From: an uncultured Candidatus Saccharibacteria bacterium
Lineage (GTDB): Bacteria > Patescibacteriota > Minisyncoccia > Phycocordibacterales > CSBR16-119
Assembly: GCA_964426385.1 (NCBI GenBank)
Contig: CAYRQF010000001.1
Span: 102,190 to 166,189 of the forward strand
Direction of reading: 5' to 3'
Length of the DNA: 64,000 nucleotides
A model generated the notes under the pieces. That model was not told the origin of the DNA. It did no database searches and was given only the letters and a program-made list of their open reading frames with translations. Position 1 is the stretch's first letter; every line of letters starts with the position of its first letter. Below, piece by piece: positions 57,924 through 64,000 of this stretch. The position numbers and the translations under genes were made by a program.

Positions 57924-58115
57924 TTATAATCCGGCAAGCGCTGCCGCTATCTGTGAGCCAGCGGCCTGGACCTCACGAGCTGTCTCGTAACTTTCGCCGC
58001 TATCGCTCCCAAAAATGACGAAGAAAACCATGGCAATGAGAATAAAACCGATAAAGACAAATGTTGTCGCTATCGCCTGCTCTCTATGAAGTTTTATCAA
58101 ATTTTTTTCTTCCAT
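57924..58115 (-). CDS. Small hypothetical membrane protein
   Basis: 63 aa with one TM helix (ATTFVFIGFILIAMVFFVIF). Confidence 0.3.
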   Translation of the reverse strand: MEEKNLIKLHREQAIATTFVFIGFILIAMVFFVIFGSDSGESYETAREVQAAGSQIAAALAGL

Positions 58116-58168
58116 AATATTTTCTTCTACGTAATTACTGACGCACGAAGAAAATATTTCTTACACCT

Positions 58169-58231
58169 GCACACCAAATTTTTGATTATTTTTTAAAATG
58201 CGCTCCTGGCGTGATCAAAAAATTGGTGTGC
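58169..58231. repeat. Long-stem hairpin H3: arms GCACACCAAATTTTTGAT / ATCAAAAAATTGGTGTGC (17 of 18) with a 27-nt loop containing GCGC, followed by an A-rich low-complexity tract (58235..58285)
   Basis: Same architecture as H1 and H2: C/A-rich arm ending in a T-run, GCGC in the loop, intergenic between co-oriented genes. Confidence 0.5.
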
Positions 58232-58328
58232 GGGTACAAAAAATAAATAAAAATAAAAAAATAAATTATTAAATTAAAAGCAATACAGGCGCCCCCTTTA
58301 TGGAAGCGCCTGTGATGTTGCGGTTGTG

Positions 58329-58979
58329 TCACTTGGCCAACTCTACAATGGGCGACATGCTGTCAGCACCAAAGTAAGGTGTGTTCATGACTTCGTTCGT
58401 GCATCTCCATTGTCCATCAGATGTTCCATTACGCCTGAGTACGCGTACGTTTTGTCGATCACTCCCAGGACTGTGCTTGAAACCCAGAATGGTTCCGAAG
58501 AAGTTCAGCTCTTCGATACCTTTTGTCCGGTAGAGGTGCTCAAGGACAGAGTCAGCGTTATAGTGGTCATGATCATGCTTGAGGAGAAAAGCCCATGACC
58601 AATCCAGTCTGATCACTCCGGCCTGCTTCATTCGCGCAAGCTTTTCGTTGCCGGTGATTATTTGGCCTGGTTCCACAAAAGACTTGTACTTGATCTTATC
58701 CCAGTCAATGTGCAGGACTTTCATAGCGCGCGGATCCTTGTCCGTGATCATCATCTCTTTGGGAAGAGAAAACGGTTCCCGAAGAAGGATTGCTCCTTCC
58801 CGCTGGAAGAGACGCCCTTCTGTGAACAGTTTTCTTCGTCCTGGGCTTGCGGCAAGTATGGCCGCTATAGCTTTTGGCAGATCAGAATCCTGTTTCTTGT
58901 GTGCGTCATGCAAGCGTGTTGCAAGCTCACTCTGTAGGCCAAGCAGGTCGCTTGGATCTACTCCAATGTTCTTATTCAT
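58329..58979 (-). CDS. Hypothetical protein
   Basis: 216-aa ORF with good coding character. Several antisense ORFs in the track are probably artefacts. Confidence 0.4.
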   Translation of the reverse strand: MNKNIGVDPSDLLGLQSELATRLHDAHKKQDSDLPKAIAAILAASPGRRKLFTEGRLFQREGAILLREPFSLPKEMMITDKDPRAMKVLHIDWDKIKYKSFVEPGQIITGNEKLARMKQAGVIRLDWSWAFLLKHDHDHYNADSVLEHLYRTKGIEELNFFGTILGFKHSPGSDRQNVRVLRRNGTSDGQWRCTNEVMNTPYFGADSMSPIVELAK

Positions 58980-59023
58980 CGGCTATCTATTGTTGATTAC
59001 CTCAGTCCGAGGTTAGAGCCATG

Positions 59024-59078
59024 ACTTTGCCATAGCCAGGAAAGGCCCAAATTAAGCCTCTTTTGGCTATGGCAAAAC
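59024..59078. terminator. Inverted repeat TTGCCATAGCCA...TGGCTATGGCAA (12-bp stem, about 27-nt loop) downstream of the minus-strand FAD-oxidase gene
   Basis: Read directly from the sequence. The position fits a terminator or protein-binding site. No clean T-tract. Confidence 0.35.
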
Positions 59079-59143
59079 AAGTAACTTTTTAAAAGTGCTT
59101 ATGAGTTCATTATAACATAAATTTAGGCTATATGTCAAATAAC

Positions 59144-60847
59144 CTATTTCTTCGGCTTAATGATGTATTTCTCGATATCGGCGAGCGTCGCGCCGACTTT
59201 TTTCCGAGGATTCCACATGTTGTGTGGGTCTGTGATCTCTTTGAATTCTTTGAACACTCCTGCGATTTTATCTCCGAACATCATGGGTAGATACGGTGTA
59301 CGGATCAGTCCGTCATTGTGTTCGGCTGTCATAGAACCACCAAACTTTTTCACCATAGGATATATCTGTGCGGATATTTTCATAATTTTATCAGCGGTTC
59401 TAGGGTCGCTGAAGTCCATCAGCGGTACGACATGTAAGTTCCCGTCGCCTAGATGTCCGGCGACAGTATAGAGAATCTTGTTTTCATCAAGTATCCTGAC
59501 GAGCTCTGGCCAATACTCGGGTAGCTTGTCCACCGGCACAACCACGTCGTCGATAAACGGAGCCGTACGCAAGTCTTTGGAGTGATCGGATAGTAATTTG
59601 AAGCTATCGTGACGTATGGCGAAATATTTGTTACGTTCCTCCCTAGTTTTCGTGATACGAGTCTTGAGTCCGAGATCTTTGAGTCTATTCTCAGCAAGTA
59701 ACGCCTCTCGAAATAGGCCCTGTTCGTCATCCGAAACAAACTCTGCCAGAACTATGAGCTTCGGCATGCCACCGGATAGAACCATCAGAAACTCAGGTAG
59801 AAATTGCCAAGCGTATTTTATCGAACCGATAATACCTTTGTCCCGCAGGAAACTCCCGAAGAACTTGATCGCGAACTTCATCGTGTGGTCGTCGTACACT
59901 TCGAGCGTTTCGACGTCTTCTTTCATTAGTCTGTGAGTCAGCTCTGGTATCAGTTTCAAATCCTTGAGGAATACCACCAGAAGTGTCGAATGCTTCTCGT
60001 CCGCTACCAATTTGTACGTGATCTCTGTGATGATGCCGGTAGTTCCCTGCGCACCAACGAACAGCTTCGTCCCGTCGAAAATCTCGGTACTAGCATCCCA
60101 GACGTCCCAGAGGAGATATCCTGAGGAATTCTTTGTCGTCTTCGGTCTCGCTGATTTGATATCATCATAGTTACGCTTGATCAGGTTCCAGGTTTTGCGA
60201 TATATCTCAGCGAGACGATTATCCTCGAGAATGATCGCCTCGAGCTCCTGCTTGTTGATAGGCTCGATAACATACTCTTCCCCATCGTCGAGAATGACTT
60301 TCAGACTTTTGACGAAATCTTTGTTCTGACCATACTTGAGAGACTTCTCTCCGGCACCATTGTTAGCGACCATACCGCCGACGGCGCAGATCTCTCTAGA
60401 GGCTGGGAAGCATGGCATGATGAGACCCTGCTTCAAAGTCTCTATCTCAAAATCTCTATAATACGTACCCGGTAGAACTGTAGCGGTACCGGCAATATCA
60501 AAATTCATCCCGTCGTGAGACCTCTGTTTGCCGAGTTTAACCTTCCTAACCTCAGTGACGCCCTGCATATAGCGAGTCGTGTCGAGGATGATGGACTCCC
60601 CGAGCGGTCCACCCGCCATGTCGGTGCCGGCCGCGCGAGCTGTGACTGATAGATAGATGTAACCTTCTTCATTACGCTTCGCATTTAGAAATTTAACGAG
60701 AGCTTTTATGTCTGTTGAATCTTTGGGATAAACGATCAGCTCTGGGCGCATCTCGAAGATGCTATAGTCGTGACTATATTTATCGAGGACACTACTAGCA
60801 TCCTCCACGTCGCCCTTGATTACTCTTTTTATCTCGTCTTTGAGCAT
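59144..60847 (-). CDS. FAD-linked oxidase (PCMH-type FAD-binding; GlcD/D-lactate dehydrogenase-like)
   Basis: FAD-binding region REICAVGGMVANNGAGEKSLKYGQ and a C-terminal FAD-oxidase domain. The track ORF extends to 60919; the start at 60847 is chosen to avoid a 70-nt overlap with the upstream small ORF. Confidence 0.75.
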   Translation of the reverse strand: MLKDEIKRVIKGDVEDASSVLDKYSHDYSIFEMRPELIVYPKDSTDIKALVKFLNAKRNEEGYIYLSVTARAAGTDMAGGPLGESIILDTTRYMQGVTEVRKVKLGKQRSHDGMNFDIAGTATVLPGTYYRDFEIETLKQGLIMPCFPASREICAVGGMVANNGAGEKSLKYGQNKDFVKSLKVILDDGEEYVIEPINKQELEAIILEDNRLAEIYRKTWNLIKRNYDDIKSARPKTTKNSSGYLLWDVWDASTEIFDGTKLFVGAQGTTGIITEITYKLVADEKHSTLLVVFLKDLKLIPELTHRLMKEDVETLEVYDDHTMKFAIKFFGSFLRDKGIIGSIKYAWQFLPEFLMVLSGGMPKLIVLAEFVSDDEQGLFREALLAENRLKDLGLKTRITKTREERNKYFAIRHDSFKLLSDHSKDLRTAPFIDDVVVPVDKLPEYWPELVRILDENKILYTVAGHLGDGNLHVVPLMDFSDPRTADKIMKISAQIYPMVKKFGGSMTAEHNDGLIRTPYLPMMFGDKIAGVFKEFKEITDPHNMWNPRKKVGATLADIEKYIIKPKK

Positions 60848-60848
60848 T

Positions 60849-61076
60849 TTATGATAGTAAAAATTGTCTGATTGCGAACTCTGCTTCCTTCTTGTCTTTG
60901 TCTGTCTTAGCTTCTTCAAGAGCCTTTTTTAACCTCATAAATTCTGCTTGTTGTTCTGGATCAGAAAATTCAATATCCCCCTTTAATAAGGCAGGAATTA
61001 CTTCTATTTTTTCCTGGGGTGGATTAGGTTCAAGTTTTATAATTTTAGTTTCTCGTTTCTTAGGTTTCTCGTTCAT
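60849..61076 (-). CDS. Small charged hypothetical protein (75 aa; MNEKPKKRETKIIKLEPNPPQEKIE...)
   Basis: Good coding periodicity. The upstream remainder of track ORF 60849..61370 runs through a GC-rich noncoding-looking block and was trimmed. Confidence 0.35.
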   Translation of the reverse strand: MNEKPKKRETKIIKLEPNPPQEKIEVIPALLKGDIEFSDPEQQAEFMRLKKALEEAKTDKDKKEAEFAIRQFLLS

Positions 61077-61094
61077 GCGCTTATTATAGCAAAT

Positions 61095-61335
61095 CCTAAA
61101 ACGCGAGAAGACCAGCCGGGTTACGACTGGTCCTCGAATTGTCCACTTGTCTAGCGCGACTTCTTTGCCCTCTGGCGTCGCGGAGCGAGCTCTCCCGACC
61201 CGATCCGCACGGGGTGTCCGGGTAGCGCCCGTGGAGCACTGGTTCTCGGTACGTCTCCGAGGATCTGCTTGATATCCTCTTGCGACAACGGTCTTCTGGT
61301 AGTTCTCTTCGCCATGGCAAGCTAGTTTGGTGTGA
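61095..61335. other. GC-rich (about 60%) structured noncoding block with no plausible ORF on either strand; candidate small RNA or leader
   Basis: Both overlapping track ORFs are R/P-rich artefacts. Multiple local stems (CCAG..CTGG, CACGGG..CCCGTG, CTCGG..CCGAG, palindrome CGAGCTCG). Weak AACCCGGCU-like motif on the minus strand. Identity not established. Confidence 0.25.
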
Positions 61336-61383
61336 ACGTAAAGATCGAAAGTAAAAATATACAACTTCATAGACGGAGCGTCA

Positions 61384-62427
61384 ATGAGTTTTTCAACCTT
61401 TTTAGACTCTATAAATTGCTATAATAACCCCATGTCTAAAAAACTTGATTTCCTAGCTATCGGCGACATCGTTATCGACGCATTTATCGAACTCGAGGAC
61501 GCGAATGTCTCTTGTGATATCAACAGAGCTAACTGTACGCTATCGATGCGTTTCGCTGACAAGATACCCTACAGAGATGTAACAGTTATAAAAGCCGTTG
61601 GTAATAGTCCGAATGCAGCAACATCTGCGGCACGCCTCGGACTCTCGGTCGGACTCCTAACTCATATCGGTGGTGATGAAAATGGTCGTGACTGCATCGA
61701 CACACTGAAAGAGAACGGCATCGACACGGCGCTAGTTCAGATCGAGAACAAGGCGAAAACCAACTACCACTACGTCCTGTCGTACGAAGCAGAACGTACC
61801 ATCCTTATCAAACACGAAGCCTATAACTACAAATTTATAGCCCCAGACACAGCACCTGCTTGGGTCTACCTATCATCCGTTGGTAACGACACTCTCGCAT
61901 ATCACGAAGATATTGCTGACTATCTCGAACAGAATCCCGAGATAAAGCTCGCTTTTCAACCGGGAACTTTTCAGATGAAGCTCGGCACGGAGAAACTCGC
62001 AGGGCTTTATAAGAGAACTAAAGTCTTCTTCTGCAACAAAGAAGAGGCGCAGAGAATACTTGGAAACAAAGAGGAAGATATCAAGGTCCAGATGAACAAC
62101 CTGCACGCTCTAGGGCCGAAACTAGTCTGTATAACTGACGGTCCCAATGGAGCATACGCCTCCGATGGCGCGAATGCCTGGTTCATCCCTATGTACCCTG
62201 ACCCGAAGCCTCCTGTAGAGAGAACGGGCGCAGGAGACGCATTCTCTTCGACCGTGACAGCTATGCTAGTACTCGGGAAGCCTCTCGAGACAGCTATAAC
62301 TTACGGCCCGGTTAACTCCATGAACGTAGTACAATACGTAGGAGCCCAGGCAGGACTACTAACACTACCCGAGATTGAGAAATGGCTCGCAAAAGCACCG
62401 GAAGATTATAAGGTTAAAGAAATATAA
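61384..62427 (+). CDS. PfkB-family carbohydrate kinase (ribokinase-like)
   Basis: 347 aa. N-terminal GD-box FLAIGDIVIDAF and C-terminal RTGAGDAFSSTV (the DTxGAGD anion-hole motif). GGAG ribosome site 9 nt upstream of 61384. Confidence 0.75.
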   Translation: MSFSTFLDSINCYNNPMSKKLDFLAIGDIVIDAFIELEDANVSCDINRANCTLSMRFADKIPYRDVTVIKAVGNSPNAATSAARLGLSVGLLTHIGGDENGRDCIDTLKENGIDTALVQIENKAKTNYHYVLSYEAERTILIKHEAYNYKFIAPDTAPAWVYLSSVGNDTLAYHEDIADYLEQNPEIKLAFQPGTFQMKLGTEKLAGLYKRTKVFFCNKEEAQRILGNKEEDIKVQMNNLHALGPKLVCITDGPNGAYASDGANAWFIPMYPDPKPPVERTGAGDAFSSTVTAMLVLGKPLETAITYGPVNSMNVVQYVGAQAGLLTLPEIEKWLAKAPEDYKVKEI

Positions 62428-62428
62428 T

Positions 62429-62653
62429 ATGGCATTTGAAACAGCTCCTGGAGCGACACCCGGAAACAATCAGCTAGAGGATTTGATGTTAAAGAGGCAG
62501 GAATATCTCAACAACCTAGAAAAAATAAAATCTGATCCTAACCTTGAACAGAATATGGTAAGTAGCGTAGTCATCGGTCTGAATGTGGAGATAGAAAATT
62601 TAAATTCACAAATTAATGAATTGAAAGGCAAAGAAAAACTAAAGGCGGCTTAA
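62429..62653 (+). CDS. Small coiled-coil hypothetical protein (start trimmed to MAFETAPGA)
   Basis: 74 aa and K/E-rich. Starts 2 nt after the pfkB-like stop. Confidence 0.3.
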   Translation: MAFETAPGATPGNNQLEDLMLKRQEYLNNLEKIKSDPNLEQNMVSSVVIGLNVEIENLNSQINELKGKEKLKAA

Positions 62654-62673
62654 TTAATATTAGTAAAATAATT

Positions 62674-62943
62674 ATGGAAAGAATAAATATGGAGCGTGGT
62701 CCGGACAATAAGCCAAATCCAGAAGTAAAGCGTCCATTAGAGACAGTAACACCGTATGATGATTTGAAAATTTATCAGAATAGTTTAGATTTACTCAAGA
62801 AAGAAGCCGAAGACTACAGAAGAGATCTCGCTATGTTCGAAGCAGAAGGAAATGATTCAATGGTAAGACGCTATCGGGATTTACTGAGAGACAAGGAGAT
62901 AGAGATTAAAGACCATGAAGCAATAGTTAATGCACACCAATAA
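62674..62943 (+). CDS. Small charged hypothetical protein
   Basis: 89 aa and E/K/R-rich. Overlaps the next ORF by 14 nt. Confidence 0.3.
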   Translation: MERINMERGPDNKPNPEVKRPLETVTPYDDLKIYQNSLDLLKKEAEDYRRDLAMFEAEGNDSMVRRYRDLLRDKEIEIKDHEAIVNAHQ

Positions 62944-63301
62944 ATATATGGAAAAAATACCAGAACAAAAGCCAAAAAATGAATTGAATGAAGTTTCATC
63001 AACTGAGCTAATGCGTGGCATCATTGAGAGGGAGAGAAGAGAGAAAATCGTTGAGACTGCACAGAAGATAATAGAACTCGCCCAATTAGAAGCTGGTACC
63101 CATGAAACTGATGAATTCGGTAATCCTACACTTGGTGCAACAGACGAGGAACGCAAGAGACTTCTAGAAGAAAAAAGAGTAGAGGTTAAAAAATTAGAAG
63201 AACATATTGGGATGACTTATGATCAAGAAAGTCATCTACGTACGGCAGATGTTGTCGCTGGAGACTCCCCAACATCAGAATACCTCCAACAGTACAACTA
63301 G
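62930..63301 (+). CDS. Small charged/coiled-coil hypothetical protein
   Basis: 123 aa and E/K-rich helical. Confidence 0.3.
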   Translation: MHTNKYMEKIPEQKPKNELNEVSSTELMRGIIERERREKIVETAQKIIELAQLEAGTHETDEFGNPTLGATDEERKRLLEEKRVEVKKLEEHIGMTYDQESHLRTADVVAGDSPTSEYLQQYN

Positions 63302-64000
63302 CTAGCGTCTCTTTAAAACTTTATGTACCGCGATTTTGATATGACTCACGTCCATTCCGTAATGGGCTATTAGCTCATCCGGTTTGCCTGACTGACCGAA
63401 CTGGTCATGAACGCCGATAAATTCTATAAATGCAGGTTTCGTTGCCGCTAGAACCTCGGCGATAGCACTTCCCATCCCTCCATGGATCTGATGCTCCTCT
63501 ACTGTAACCACTCGGCCGATCTTGCCGATGTGTTCGATCATCTTCATATCTAGAGGTTTGATCATTGCGAGATTAATTACAGTCGTCTGTATACCCTCTT
63601 CCTGAAGCTCCTTGGCGGCAAGCATAGCGTTATGAGTGAGCGCTCCGGTCGAGACTATGGCAACCTGCGGATCTCGTGACTGCCAGAATATCTGAGCCTT
63701 ACCGGCCTCAAAAGGAGTGTCTCTGGTCGTCATGACCGGCGTTTTCTCTCGCCCTAGACGTATATACACGGGTCCTGGATGTCCTGCAGCCCAGAGTGTC
63801 GCCTTCCTGGCCTCCTCGCTATCGCATGGGTTTATAACTGTCATACGTGGAAGCATACGCATGAGGCCGATATCCTCGAGAGCCTGATGTGTCGCGCCAT
63901 CAGGACCAACAGATACCCCGGCGTGACAACCGACGATTTTTACCGGGACGTTATTGATCGCTATCGTCGTTCTGATCTGCTCATTGTTCCTACCTGGTGA
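63302..64000 (-). CDS. Transketolase-family C-terminal subunit (pyrimidine-binding plus C-terminal domains). The 5' end lies beyond the window.
   Basis: The frame stays open upstream of the track Met to nt 64000, encoding ...VGPDGATHQALEDIGLMRMLPRMTVINPCD... (the transketolase GPDG.THQ / EDIA.MR.IPNM signature). Confidence 0.8.
   Translation of the reverse strand, partial: SPGRNNEQIRTTIAINNVPVKIVGCHAGVSVGPDGATHQALEDIGLMRMLPRMTVINPCDSEEARKATLWAAGHPGPVYIRLGREKTPVMTTRDTPFEAGKAQIFWQSRDPQVAIVSTGALTHNAMLAAKELQEEGIQTTVINLAMIKPLDMKMIEHIGKIGRVVTVEEHQIHGGMGSAIAEVLAATKPAFIEFIGVHDQFGQSGKPDELIAHYGMDVSHIKIAVHKVLKRR

Noticed and set aside
58235-58285. A-rich low-complexity tract (AAAAAATAAATAAAAATAAAAAAATAAATTATTAAATTAAAAG) considered as a possible CRISPR leader or repeat
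   Set aside because: No direct repeats with spacers nearby and no cas genes. Most likely an AT-rich promoter or UP-element region upstream of minus-strand gene 57924..58115.

Overview
This 64-kb window looks like bacterial chromosome from a small-genome organism. Coding density is high, Shine-Dalgarno signals are weak, there are many small hypothetical proteins and two giant surface proteins, which resembles CPR/Patescibacteria-like genomes; that assignment is inference only. I can support roughly 90 features. The housekeeping core includes the complete F1Fo ATP synthase operon atpBEFHAGDC on the minus strand (46.1-52.3 kb), aspS, gltX, a partial dcw cluster (dacA-like, mraY, ftsW, murG), scpA/scpB, ribosomal proteins L27, L9, L31 (type B) and L25, prfA/prmC, one tRNA-Ile(GAT), rsmI, ctpA and an ABC-F ATPase. 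Positions 1-5800 are markedly AT-rich relative to the rest. This left end carries a three-gene, translationally coupled operon built around a 1036-aa MmeI/PglX-like gamma-class N6-adenine DNA methyltransferase (DPACGSG and NPPY motifs, degenerate N-terminal PD-ExK motif); it looks like an acquired defence island. Its right boundary is marked by a duplicated 5' fragment of the neighbouring ydjM-like membrane gene plus about 200-bp direct repeats carrying a G-rich core and a conserved TTTTGCAAAA palindrome box that recurs three times around an ArsR regulator. Other notable items: a DinJ-YafQ toxin-antitoxin pair with GIY-YIG and YgjP-like neighbours; two tandem paralogous NHL-repeat surface proteins of about 1020 aa with C-terminal peptidoglycan-binding domains; two homologous inverted-repeat elements of about 120 bp inserted exactly at the scpA/scpB and scpB/dacA junctions, whose stems embed the upstream TAG stop and the downstream ATG start and whose loops carry TATAAT-like boxes; a family of three long-stem hairpins sharing a CCCCCACACCTA arm; GC-rich atypical genes; and a GC-rich structured noncoding block at 61.1-61.3 kb. 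I found no rRNA, CRISPR array, integrase or transposase.
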